64,000 bases of DNA, taken from NCBI GenBank assembly GCA_002435745.1, contig DIWT01000004.1, positions 19,096-83,095 on the forward strand, read 5' to 3'. The notes beneath the pieces were generated by a model that worked only from the letters and a program-made list of their open reading frames with translations, had not been told where the DNA came from and did not search any database. Source of the DNA: a bacterium UBP15_UBA6099. Lineage in GTDB: Bacteria > UBP15 > UBA6099. How positions within the stretch are numbered: position 1 is the first letter of the stretch; every line of letters begins with the position of its first letter. Made by a program: the position numbers and the translations under genes. Positions 15,914 to 25,343 of the stretch are shown here, piece after piece.

Positions 15914-18484
15914 TCATTTATTAATTGACATGTTATAAAAAACACGACTGTCCTCGGCGCTTAGCACAGTATCGTAAAGGCCGATGTCTTCGCCTTCGTG
16001 CTTATTGACGCCTATATAAATTAGACTGGAATCTTCGTATCGTTTAAACTTATAGACAGCGTCATTCATCAATGCGCTATTGAATACTCCAAGGCTTACC
16101 AACAACTCGAACTCTTTCATAGTCAGGCCGGTTACTTTCTTGAACAAACCCGGCTCCAGTTGCGTGATGACATCCTTCAGACATCGCTCTCGATAATCGG
16201 TCAAATACATAAAGATTGGCAAACGCGTGGCGAACTTGATAAGTTTTTCCTGAATCTGCTTCCGCAAGCTTTTGTATTCCTTTTCCTCCTCGGTGAGCTT
16301 CTTCTTTTCCTTTGTGGAAAGCTCTTTGTCATTTGCTTCCTTTCTCGCCTTTTTCACGGCTTCCGACTTGTTGATAATAGTCTCGATGTCCTGATTGAGG
16401 TTGCGAAAGCCTTCAATTCTCATTAGCGCATCCATAGCGGCTTTGTTGCTCATGAGCCGTTTCAGGGCTTCGTTATCCACATTAACCAGCAAAGCGCTTT
16501 CCCAGCGCCTCGCCAAAAGAGTTGCTGTAGTTCCACTCATCGCCATATCCAGAATGCCTGCGGCATTGATCTCTTTCATTGAACTGCCGTCATAGGCTAA
16601 CACTGGAAGAAAGTTTATAAACTCCGCCACCTTCTTTTCGGGATTGGACTCATCGACATTCAGTCGGCAACTGTAATCGGCGATCTGCCGCAAAGCTCTG
16701 TCCGGCGCGAAATCAAAGACATAGCATTCCTCTTTAATGATTTGCTCCCGATTCGGCGCTGTGTTGTCGGGATTCCTGATTGACCAAGGTGATTGCACGC
16801 GGAAAGCAGCCTGAAAATAGGTCTCGGGACTGGACGAATTCCGCAACATGAGGATGCCGGTCCACGGCCTTACCGTGACTCCTGTGGTCAGTTTGCCGCA
16901 TGACAGGGTAATTGTTTTGGTTGCTAAGGGATCGTCCATGGCCTCCTGCACGGGCGGCAAAGCGGCAACGCCAATACCGGCGTCGCTTCCCGCCGCAACG
17001 ATTACTTCGTAATCGCGATAGAACTTATTCTGTTTCTTCGCCATAAGGTTGCGCATTGCGTGACACGAGGCAACACTGGGCAGAAACCAGAAGGTGTGCG
17101 ATAAAACATTCAGTAATCGCGCATCGGAAAACGGCATCGGCGGTTTTTGAGCGCCCAGTTTCAAGTTGTCAATATTTGTTGCCGAGAATGAGCCGCGTAT
17201 CAAATCAAGCCACTTCTGCACTTCATCCGTGTACGTAAATTTCGCCTTGTTTCCCGCCCCGGTAGCGGAAAAAAAAGTGTTAAGATCGAACTCATTGAAC
17301 TCGCCCTGCATGGCGATTTCGCGTATCGAATCGGGCAGTTGATAGGTCATTAACACCATTCGAGGAAGCGCCGCGTATGGATTGTCCCCGCCTGTCCATT
17401 CCTGCTTGGCCCGCTGCTCGTCCGAATACGTCCAGTTAAAAATCTGCTCCTCGATGAATTCGCCGGACGCAATGGCCCTAAACGGCGTGCCGGATAGATA
17501 GAGATATGCATTCGTGGTAATCGGCATAATCTCTTCGTCAAAATCCTCAATGCCGGCGCCTTCTCCAAACTCGATTTCTTTCTTGTCCTCCGCCGCAAAA
17601 AGCTCTCTGGCGTTTTCGCGCCACGCGCCGTAGTGATACTCGTCAAGGATGACACAATCCCAGTTGGTCTCATGCGCCCATTCATTCTTGGTCTTGAGCC
17701 CCCCGGTGCTTTTGTTCTTGCCAAGGTGATCCTGAAAAGAACCGAAACAGACGAAAGGCTTCTTCTTGTCCGCGTCTTCGTATGATAAACCGCCCGGCGA
17801 GATAAACTGCCACCCTTTGAAATCAATATGGCATTTCAAGTCTTCTTCCCATGCGTTCTGCACTGCGGGCTTGAAGGTCAGCACAAGAACCTTGCGCCAG
17901 TCCATTTTCTTAGCGAGCTGATAGGCGGCAAAGGTTTTGCCAAAGCGCATTTTAGCGTTCCATAGAAAGCGCGGCGACTTATCCTTGTTTTCCTTTCTGA
18001 AACTCTTGAAATAAGCGACGGTCTTTTCCACCGCCGCTTCCTGTTCCGGTCGCATCTTGAAATCAAGCGAACGGTTTTCCTCGTTCATTTCACCAGTTCT
18101 CAGAGCAATGACCGCCGCTTTTACCTGTTTTGCCGAACATTTGAACCATTCCCCTTTGGGATTTTTGACGCCGATGGCTCGTAAGCGACGGTGAACATCA
18201 TGGTCGGTGAAGACCGTGCCGTCATTGCGCATTGCGAATTCTTCAAGGACGATCCGATACGGCGGTTTTCCCGGCCTCAATGTCGGATATTGCTGTTCCA
18301 CGCGCGTCCGGGCGTCCGCTAATGTATAGCCGACTTTGAGCAATCCCGCGTATTGAGGATTTGTGTCCTCGTAGGCGTAGATGGTCGGTTTGGAATCCGG
18401 CCGCTGAGGGAAGAAATTATCAGGTTTCCTCGGCATTGTTTCCCAGCTTCTTTTTAGTTTTTGCGGGCGGAAGAAAGTTGTCAC
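15914..18484 (-). CDS. GIY-YIG (T5orf172-like) nuclease domain fused to an SF2 DEAD/DEAH-box helicase (putative restriction subunit)
   Basis: The N-terminus fits the GIY-YIG/T5orf172 pattern (TIYAYED...GLLKVGYT...R..Q...HDVHRRL...GEWFKC). Walker A is MRFGKTFAA and motif II is LDEYHYG. A more likely start is the ATG at 18436. Confidence 0.75.
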   Translation of the reverse strand: MTTFFRPQKLKRSWETMPRKPDNFFPQRPDSKPTIYAYEDTNPQYAGLLKVGYTLADARTRVEQQYPTLRPGKPPYRIVLEEFAMRNDGTVFTDHDVHRRLRAIGVKNPKGEWFKCSAKQVKAAVIALRTGEMNEENRSLDFKMRPEQEAAVEKTVAYFKSFRKENKDKSPRFLWNAKMRFGKTFAAYQLAKKMDWRKVLVLTFKPAVQNAWEEDLKCHIDFKGWQFISPGGLSYEDADKKKPFVCFGSFQDHLGKNKSTGGLKTKNEWAHETNWDCVILDEYHYGAWRENARELFAAEDKKEIEFGEGAGIEDFDEEIMPITTNAYLYLSGTPFRAIASGEFIEEQIFNWTYSDEQRAKQEWTGGDNPYAALPRMVLMTYQLPDSIREIAMQGEFNEFDLNTFFSATGAGNKAKFTYTDEVQKWLDLIRGSFSATNIDNLKLGAQKPPMPFSDARLLNVLSHTFWFLPSVASCHAMRNLMAKKQNKFYRDYEVIVAAGSDAGIGVAALPPVQEAMDDPLATKTITLSCGKLTTGVTVRPWTGILMLRNSSSPETYFQAAFRVQSPWSIRNPDNTAPNREQIIKEECYVFDFAPDRALRQIADYSCRLNVDESNPEKKVAEFINFLPVLAYDGSSMKEINAAGILDMAMSGTTATLLARRWESALLVNVDNEALKRLMSNKAAMDALMRIEGFRNLNQDIETIINKSEAVKKARKEANDKELSTKEKKKLTEEEKEYKSLRKQIQEKLIKFATRLPIFMYLTDYRERCLKDVITQLEPGLFKKVTGLTMKEFELLVSLGVFNSALMNDAVYKFKRYEDSSLIYIGVNKHEGEDIGLYDTVLSAEDSRVFYNMSINK

Positions 18485-19280
18485 CGGTCACCACGCCGCG
18501 TCCGGTTTTCCGCTCCAGTTCCAGCCTCGCCTTTTTTGCGATTCTTCCGCCTTTTCTGCCCGCCTGCGCATTTTCATCCATGCCGGTTGCTTCAACGCTC
18601 TCCGCAATCTGGCGGGTGGAAAGCTCCGCTAAAGCTGTAAAAATCAGTTCCGCCTCGCTCATGTGGTCGCGTAGGTTTTGAGTTTTGAGGTCCTTTATCT
18701 GCTTGTGTTTCTTGACCGAAACCCCGCTCCATTCTTTGTGAATTATATTGGTCAGAATGGCGTATTCGTCTTCGCCTTTAATCTCGTGGTCTTTCCAGTA
18801 ATCGGTGAGTTTATTGCGGGTTTCCTGCCCCATCATCCGCTGCTGAATCCATTTTTCGCTTCTGCCGCTCTGTTGCCAGTAGTCGCGCGCCCGGTCAAGG
18901 GATCGGGCCGGATCGCTCATGTCCTGAATGCGCTCGTAACCCGCTTTGGCAAGCCATAGCTTGATGGGTTCCGCTCTGGGACTGGGAACCGACTGTATGA
19001 TTCGCAGAAGAGCCTCCGGGCCGGCCGCGTCGGTCAGGTATTTTTTCCCGTCAGCGGCTTCCATTTTCAGTTGGTGACAATTTGTCACCGACTGATTTCC
19101 CTCTTTCTTGAGGCGTTCTTTCAACTTGTTCCAGTACTTCCGGGCAGTCTGATAATCCGGCTGCTGAATCAGCGCGGCGATGATATCCACAACGGAAAAC
19201 AACCATGTTTCTGTCTTTTCATCATAAATCCTGCGGATTTTAAAGTTTTCAAAAACCGCAAGCGCCTTTTCTTCATTCAT
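18420..19280 (-). CDS. Bro-N / DinD-like (DNA-damage-inducible protein D family) protein
   Basis: The N-terminal pattern FENFKIRRIYDEKTETWLFSVVDIIAAL and the overall 286-aa layout match my recollection of this family. It overlaps both neighbouring genes. Confidence 0.55.
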   Translation of the reverse strand: MNEEKALAVFENFKIRRIYDEKTETWLFSVVDIIAALIQQPDYQTARKYWNKLKERLKKEGNQSVTNCHQLKMEAADGKKYLTDAAGPEALLRIIQSVPSPRAEPIKLWLAKAGYERIQDMSDPARSLDRARDYWQQSGRSEKWIQQRMMGQETRNKLTDYWKDHEIKGEDEYAILTNIIHKEWSGVSVKKHKQIKDLKTQNLRDHMSEAELIFTALAELSTRQIAESVEATGMDENAQAGRKGGRIAKKARLELERKTGRGVVTGDNFLPPAKTKKKLGNNAEET

Positions 19281-20781
19281 TGTTAATCTCCATCGGTCGA
19301 ACTATTAAGTCAATAAAATCAATTTCGTCGTCTGACAAACCAAAATGAGCGAAGAGTTTTTCGTCTGTCCATATTTTTGACATAGGCAGAAGAGGCACAA
19401 ATGAAAATTTGTCCTTTGTGTTGTCCTGTGTGTTTTTGCGTAAGCCCACCAGAAACCGCAGAAACTTTGTTCTAAGATATTTGTCCAGATTTTTTGCGGC
19501 GCTTTCGGTTTCATAAGCTCCAACTACAATGTAGGTCTCGGTGCAAGCGCTGGATGGAGGCGCTATAATCGGCTTGCCCATTATCATTCGTGGATAATCG
19601 CGAGCTTCACCTCCTTCCCCGTATGCCTTAGAAATTAGAACCTTCCACAAATCCAGCAACTCCATTCCATTTTTGATGTCCGATTTTTCTATCCATCCGA
19701 CAGTTTTTGTTGCATACAATTTAATGTTGCCTTTTCCAGTAGGCCGGACAAATGTCGGGAGCCCAAATGGTTTTCGACTATAGATTTGTTCACTTATTGA
19801 TGTGTATTTCTTTTCTTTTACCTTTTCGAGAATCGAAATAGCCTTATTGAATCGAACAAATGAATCAAATTGATCCAAAGAGCGCTTCATCGTATCATCC
19901 ATGCCACTCATGCGTGTAGTTACTTCACATTGACCGCTGTAATCCCGCTCCCATAAAAAATAACATACACCGCCAATCACCTTGACGCCGGGGAAAACAT
20001 CAGATGCTATTGGATAGTCAACCAAATGAGAGATTCTGCGATCCTTTAGCATTGTATCGCGAAAAACATCCAGCCCTTTCCCACCGGCAAACCATCGGGA
20101 TGGGATAATCATTGACAAATATCTCGGTTCAAGTTTTTTAGCTTGTTCGACAAAATTGTGATAAATAGGAGATGAGCCTGTGCTATCTCCAGCATCACTC
20201 AACTGATACGGTGGATTACCTATAATTACATCAAATTTCATATTGAATATCGCCTCCGGATTTTCCGTGTGAATAAATTGATAGGCATGGGTTTCGAGTT
20301 CTTCGCCCCGCTCATAGCTTTCCTGACTGGCGCCGCAGAAAACGCAGCGCCCGTTTTCCCATGTGTGCTCCACTCGCTCAAAGCGAATATTCCCTTGCGG
20401 GTCGTCGAAAGTTTCACAGACGGAGTATTTTCCATTGGCCGTTTTGGAGCAGTAAACAGAACGGCGGGAAAGCAACGCGGTCAACTCAGTTATTGCCACG
20501 CCGAAGATCTGGTTCTTGAAGATGTGGTTGATTCGAGCCTGCCTGTCCGGGATTTTTTTTTCAAGCCCCGCATCCAACCGCCTTGCGATTTCGCGCGGAA
20601 ACACACCGGACTTACAGAACGGATCGAGAAACCGGGTGTTCTTATTGCCCCAGATTTCCGGAGGCAGCAAATCCAATATTTGATTAACCAATTGCGGCGG
20701 CGTGAACACTTCGTCGCTGCTCAGATTGGCCAGACAGGTCAGCACATCCGGGTTGTAGCTATTGCCTGTCAACATCGGCAA
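19273..20781 (-). CDS. Eco57I-type N6-adenine DNA methyltransferase
   Basis: AdoMet motif LDPFCKSGVF and catalytic motif IIGNPPYQ. The downstream pattern SPIYHNFVEQA...IIPSRWFAGGKGLD is typical of this family. Confidence 0.8.
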   Translation of the reverse strand: MPMLTGNSYNPDVLTCLANLSSDEVFTPPQLVNQILDLLPPEIWGNKNTRFLDPFCKSGVFPREIARRLDAGLEKKIPDRQARINHIFKNQIFGVAITELTALLSRRSVYCSKTANGKYSVCETFDDPQGNIRFERVEHTWENGRCVFCGASQESYERGEELETHAYQFIHTENPEAIFNMKFDVIIGNPPYQLSDAGDSTGSSPIYHNFVEQAKKLEPRYLSMIIPSRWFAGGKGLDVFRDTMLKDRRISHLVDYPIASDVFPGVKVIGGVCYFLWERDYSGQCEVTTRMSGMDDTMKRSLDQFDSFVRFNKAISILEKVKEKKYTSISEQIYSRKPFGLPTFVRPTGKGNIKLYATKTVGWIEKSDIKNGMELLDLWKVLISKAYGEGGEARDYPRMIMGKPIIAPPSSACTETYIVVGAYETESAAKNLDKYLRTKFLRFLVGLRKNTQDNTKDKFSFVPLLPMSKIWTDEKLFAHFGLSDDEIDFIDLIVRPMEINNE

Positions 20782-21409
20782 CCTCCAGAAAGTGCGTTAA
20801 CGGGTACTCTTTCACAGGCTCATTTAAGTATGCCTCGTTATTCTCATCGCTGAATATCATTAGTTGGTGTTGCTTGTCTACTAGAAACGAAAGCATGAAA
20901 TCGCGCCGCTTTAGCATGCTACCGTTGACCGGCGACCATTCAGAAAATATAATCGGTCGCGGATTGTTTCCCACGGTTTTCAGATCAAGCGCGTCTCCAT
21001 GAATAATATTGCGCTCAAGGATATATTTGACCGCATTCCGACATTCATTCCTTGCGCCGAATATAAAAAGGCGCGTGTAGTTCAGATCAAAGATGTCAAA
21101 AAGCCGGTTGCGACATTCCTGAACATTATCCTTAAGAATATCAATGCCGTATATGGAGGACACGGCAAGAACAGCATTCCTCTCGTACTCCAGTTGAATC
21201 TTTTCGTATCGGAATTCAACGACGCGCAATTTCCGTTCCAGAATTTCCGACAGAAAATTGCCCGTGCCGCATGCGGGTTCAAGAAACCGGGATTCGATCC
21301 TTTCTGTTTCCTGTTTCACCAGATCAAGCATGGCGTTGACTTCTCGTTTTCCAGTCAATACCTCGCCATGATCAGCGACCCTCTTCTTGGAGACAACTTG
21401 CTTTTCCAT
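20759..21409 (-). CDS. Short methyltransferase-like protein (AdoMet-binding motifs only, no NPPY)
   Basis: HGEVLTGKREVNAMLDLV (motif X-like), EPACGTGNFL (motif I), YGIDI and HGDAL are present. No (N/D)PP(Y/F) is found in the 216 aa. The gene overlaps the downstream MTase by 23 nt. Confidence 0.55.
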   Translation of the reverse strand: MEKQVVSKKRVADHGEVLTGKREVNAMLDLVKQETERIESRFLEPACGTGNFLSEILERKLRVVEFRYEKIQLEYERNAVLAVSSIYGIDILKDNVQECRNRLFDIFDLNYTRLFIFGARNECRNAVKYILERNIIHGDALDLKTVGNNPRPIIFSEWSPVNGSMLKRRDFMLSFLVDKQHQLMIFSDENNEAYLNEPVKEYPLTHFLEVADVDRQ

Positions 21410-21590
21410 GTTCTCGCAATCACTCTATAAAGCGAATAATTTTTCTTTATCCCTGTTCTGAATGTTTCGGATACCGCACCTTAATTTATCACGCCGCAAC
21501 CGGAGCGTCAATCTATGCAATCCATCACAGCTAAAAAACTGTGTGGAGAAGGCGGATGCACGACGGTTTTTTCAGAGGATGCGCGGGGCG

Positions 21591-23939
21591 TCAGCGGGGG
21601 GCGGGGGAGAGGGAGGCGACGCAAGCGGCAAGGCAGAGGATGGAGGCGGCGTAAAGGGCTCCGAACGCGCCGAGGGTTGGGATAAGGATGGAGCCTGATA
21701 GGAGGGCGGCGGCGCACGCGCCTGCTAGGTCGGCGAAATAGAGCGAGCCTGCGGCGGAGGTTTCGAGCGCGGCTCCGGCATGCCGTCGCGCGGGCCTGAC
21801 TCTTTCGACCGCAAGCGGGAATATTGCTCCTGAGCAAAAGCCGCAGACGATGGCGAAGCCGAAGAGGGTCATGGCGGCGAATGCGGGGGATGCGGAGGAG
21901 GCCGCAGTGTAAACAGCGGGGAGGGAGGCGGTGGCGCCGCACAAGCCGAGCGCCGCCGCGCCGAGCGCCGCAGGGCCTCTTCGCAGGTCTTCGCGCCTCG
22001 CGCGCGACATCGTTCCGGCTCCCGCCGCGCATCCCGCCAGATACGCCGCGTTCACAAGCCCGAGATACTGATAGACGACGCCAAAAGATATCTGAAAGAG
22101 AAAGACGACGACGAGGACGACGATGAGGGCTGCCGCTCCGGCGGCGGCGGTTGTGAAGTGGGCGGAGGCGGCGCGGGCTGCGGGGGATTTCGCCGAGGCC
22201 GCCGCGAGAAGGGCCGCAAACATCAGAATGACGAGCGCCGCCGTCCGTCGCGCGCGGGGCGTGTTCGCGTTGCCGACCGCGTCCAGAACCGCCGCGGCGG
22301 GCATGGACTTATACATTCCAGCCGACAGTCTGTTCTTTAGGAATACGGCGTTGGGAGACAGGTCGGAGTTAGTGGCCGCGCCGGGTCTGGACGCCAGCCA
22401 ACGCGCCGCCGCCGCCGTTTTGTCCGCCGCCATGAGATGTTCCATCGGGTCGTCGCTGAACTGCATGAGAGCGGCTTCCGCGCGTCGGGGGTCGAACAGG
22501 AACGAGGCTGCTGCTGCTGTGAAGCGCTCGGAAGACAAGCCGCGGGAGTGGAACCGGGCGGCGACTTCTTCGGGCGTCGGGGCGGGAGCTCCGTCGCGGC
22601 TCATTATCAACAGCGGCTTCTGTCCGATTATGAAGAAGAAGGGGGCGCGGGCGGGTTCGACCGGCGGAGTCGCGTTGCCTTGCCGCAACTCCGGAGCCGC
22701 CGCCATGAGCGTCCCGGCGAGCAGCGCCGCCTCGTGTTCGGACATGTAATTCTCCGTGAACGGGACGGTTATGGCGAGGACTCCGTTTTCGGTCAGGCGG
22801 GACTTCATCAGGTCAAACGCCTCGCGGGTGAACATCCTGTTGAGGACTATGGTTTCGGGGGGCGCGGAGGAGATGACGATGACGTCGAATTTTTCCCTTG
22901 AGCGGGAGAGCAGGCGGCGCGGGTCTACGGCGGCCGGGAAGACGCGCGGGTCGTCGAAAACGGGCGCAAGCTCAGGAGGGGCGTGTTTGCGCCGCAGGGC
23001 GAACATCGCCGGGTCAAGCTCCGCCCACACGACGCGGTCGAGGCCGTGGTTGATAGCTTCGCGGATCGCCGTCGCGTCCACTCCTGCGAACATGGCGGAG
23101 CGAGGGGCGGGGTGTGAGAGCAGGGGGACGTGGGCCATGTATTCGCCGACGGCGACGTCCGGGGTGACGCCCGCGACGCGACCGCCCGCGTAGAAAGCTT
23201 TCTGTCCGCCGTCGTCGAGGACGGTGATGTTGCCGTAGCCGGACTCTAGGCTGTCCGCCGCCGGGCGGCCCCACGAGAGAGCGCGGAGGAAGTTTTCCGA
23301 GGGAGCGGCCCACAGGGGCGAAAGCAGCGCTGCGGCGGCGAGCGCGGACCATGCCGCAAGGCGCGCGCGCCTCTGCAACCACGAGGCTCCGATGACGGCG
23401 GACATCCCGCCTGCCATAGCCGCGCACGTCACAGGGGTCGTCGCCTGCGCTAGGATGAAACAGAACGCCAGCCCGCCTGCGACCGCTCCGCCGGTGTCCC
23501 ATGCGAACATTCTGCCCGCCGCGCCTGACATCAGCGGTCGGTCTTCCAGCGCGCTGAGCGCGGGAAACAGGAATCCGTGAACGAAACAGAGAGGCCCCAG
23601 AGTGACGAGCGCCATGAGGGCGACGATTTCTACCGGGACGGCCTCGCCGCGAAGATATCCGAACAGAGGGCCTTGGGTGCGAGCAAGAGCGATTGACGCC
23701 GGAGCGAGAGCGCCTTGAAGGATGAGAAGGAATCCGGCGGAGGAAGGGGAGGGACGCCGAGAGCGGAAGAAGAGGCCGCCCGCCGCGCTGCCCGCCGCAG
23801 CCCACGCCATCCAAGCGAACAGCGCCAGCCCTACGCTCAGCTCGTCTCCGAGACTGACGACGATAAGCTCGCGGGTCAGGGCCAGTTGCGCGACCATCGC
23901 GCAGAAACCGCTTATAGCCGCAGACAGCCGGGTTTTCAC
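21591..23939 (-). CDS. Polytopic membrane protein with an embedded spermidine-synthase-like domain
   Basis: Many hydrophobic segments surround a soluble block resembling aminopropyltransferases (GYGNITVLDDGGQKAFYAGGRV...AELDPAMF...FDVIVISS). I chose the GTG at 23939, which overlaps the upstream stop as GTGA. The ORF track extends to 24179, and an ATG at 23897 is also possible. Confidence 0.65.
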   Translation of the reverse strand: MKTRLSAAISGFCAMVAQLALTRELIVVSLGDELSVGLALFAWMAWAAAGSAAGGLFFRSRRPSPSSAGFLLILQGALAPASIALARTQGPLFGYLRGEAVPVEIVALMALVTLGPLCFVHGFLFPALSALEDRPLMSGAAGRMFAWDTGGAVAGGLAFCFILAQATTPVTCAAMAGGMSAVIGASWLQRRARLAAWSALAAAALLSPLWAAPSENFLRALSWGRPAADSLESGYGNITVLDDGGQKAFYAGGRVAGVTPDVAVGEYMAHVPLLSHPAPRSAMFAGVDATAIREAINHGLDRVVWAELDPAMFALRRKHAPPELAPVFDDPRVFPAAVDPRRLLSRSREKFDVIVISSAPPETIVLNRMFTREAFDLMKSRLTENGVLAITVPFTENYMSEHEAALLAGTLMAAAPELRQGNATPPVEPARAPFFFIIGQKPLLIMSRDGAPAPTPEEVAARFHSRGLSSERFTAAAASFLFDPRRAEAALMQFSDDPMEHLMAADKTAAAARWLASRPGAATNSDLSPNAVFLKNRLSAGMYKSMPAAAVLDAVGNANTPRARRTAALVILMFAALLAAASAKSPAARAASAHFTTAAAGAAALIVVLVVVFLFQISFGVVYQYLGLVNAAYLAGCAAGAGTMSRARREDLRRGPAALGAAALGLCGATASLPAVYTAASSASPAFAAMTLFGFAIVCGFCSGAIFPLAVERVRPARRHAGAALETSAAGSLYFADLAGACAAALLSGSILIPTLGAFGALYAASILCLAACVASLSPAPR

Positions 23940-25315
23940 GCGCCCGCGCCTCCGGGCTTTCTGCCGGCAGCGTCCGCGGCGAGATCGATGTATATCCCTA
24001 TCAGCGCCGCCGTCTTGAGCGACGTCATGAATGCGGTCGAAACCTTGAACCCGTGTGTGAGCGCGTCGAAGTTCCACGGGAACAGCCACTGGGATGCGAA
24101 TCCCGCCGCCGCGAACAAAGCGAGCCGGGGGATTCCCCTTATCTGAGTCGCGAGGGCCGCCAGCGCGGGGGCCGTCCACGACAGGAATTGCGGAGACGAG
24201 ACTTTGAATCCGACTATCGCCGCCGTCAGAATGAGCGCCGACGCGACGAGGAGGCGGCGGACGCTCTGCGCGTCAGGTTCTGGCGCTCCGGGGGCGAGCG
24301 CGGGTCTGCGTTGCAGGGCCGTAGCGTACGCTCCGTACGCGCGCGCAACGAGGAGCGCCAGCGCGAACGTGGACAGCTTCATAGCGAGGTCTGTGGCCGC
24401 GCTCTCGCCGGGAGGCCATGAAAGGTTTCCCATCGCGGGCGGAACGTTCGCTCCGGCCAGCCCCAGCGTCAGAAGGACCGCCCCGTATGCGGAATGTTTT
24501 TCGACCCCTCTAGCGGCATGGAAAACGAACGAACCCGCCACTCCGTCCGGCGACAACAACGCCGGGATGCCGAATAGAAACGCCGAAACGGCTACGAACG
24601 CCGCCGCGCCTTCGAGCGCGCCCCGCTTGTCGGATTTCAACGCGGCTTCCGCCAGAAAAAGGGGTAGCAGAACGACAGGGTATCCCTTCGCGGCGGTTGC
24701 GGCGGCGAGCAGCGCGAAAGCCGGGACGCGTTTTCCCCGCGCAAGCTCGACCATCGCCCAAGCCGAAAGGGCCATCGGAATGTAGTCAAGGGAGACCATG
24801 CCCACCGGGCCTGCCGCGATTATGACAAACGTGTACGCCGCCGCGGCGGCAATCTTTGCGCCCGGCCTCGGCCCGGCTCCCGCCATCATCTCCGCAAGCT
24901 TGAGCGCGGCCAGAAGTCCCGCGACCGACACTGCGAACATGCCGACGGCAAACACGGCGTAATAGATGTAGAGGTCTTTTGAGAACGGGGCCATCGCCCA
25001 CAGCCACGCCGCGCCGAGCGGGGGGTATTCCACAGCCACATCCCGGTACGGCAACAGCCCAGCCGCCGCCGCTTCTCCTAACTTGCGGTAGTAGTTCAGG
25101 TTGACCGACACGTGCCCCGCGAACAGCCTGCCGCCGGCGGGCGTGAAAAACAGGACGCTTATGACCGCGCAGTATCCGGCGGCGAGCGCTGTCGTTAAAA
25201 AGTCGATTTTTTCAAAACGGGCCAGATTGATTTTCATATTGAGACGCCTGCGCGGTTGCTCGCGCGGGGCAAGTTCCTCTCGAAAAAGGATATACCTAAA
25301 CGCGGCAATCTTCAA
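23936..25315 (-). CDS. Integral membrane glycosyltransferase-like protein (GT87/DUF2029-like)
   Basis: About 10 or more hydrophobic segments, plus the N-terminal loop motif LLPYRDVAVEYPPLGA typical of DUF2029. An alternative start is the ATG at 25237. Confidence 0.55.
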   Translation of the reverse strand: MKIAAFRYILFREELAPREQPRRRLNMKINLARFEKIDFLTTALAAGYCAVISVLFFTPAGGRLFAGHVSVNLNYYRKLGEAAAAGLLPYRDVAVEYPPLGAAWLWAMAPFSKDLYIYYAVFAVGMFAVSVAGLLAALKLAEMMAGAGPRPGAKIAAAAAYTFVIIAAGPVGMVSLDYIPMALSAWAMVELARGKRVPAFALLAAATAAKGYPVVLLPLFLAEAALKSDKRGALEGAAAFVAVSAFLFGIPALLSPDGVAGSFVFHAARGVEKHSAYGAVLLTLGLAGANVPPAMGNLSWPPGESAATDLAMKLSTFALALLVARAYGAYATALQRRPALAPGAPEPDAQSVRRLLVASALILTAAIVGFKVSSPQFLSWTAPALAALATQIRGIPRLALFAAAGFASQWLFPWNFDALTHGFKVSTAFMTSLKTAALIGIYIDLAADAAGRKPGGAGA

Positions 25316-25343
25316 CGCGCGGGAGCGGGGAGCGGAGCGGCGT

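Larger units (their letters stand above)
15700..21450. other. Intermediate-GC island carrying a restriction-modification-like operon
   Basis: Sampled lines give 37-52% G+C, against about 65% in the flanking htpX and membrane-protein genes. It holds four overlapping minus-strand genes. No integrase was seen. Confidence 0.65.

Noticed and set aside
7899-21450. A search for integrase, transposase, tRNA attachment sites or direct repeats at the borders of the two islands (7980/12899 and about 15700/21450).
   Set aside because: None was found by eye, so the islands are not called as mobile elements. Their foreign origin rests on composition and gene content only.
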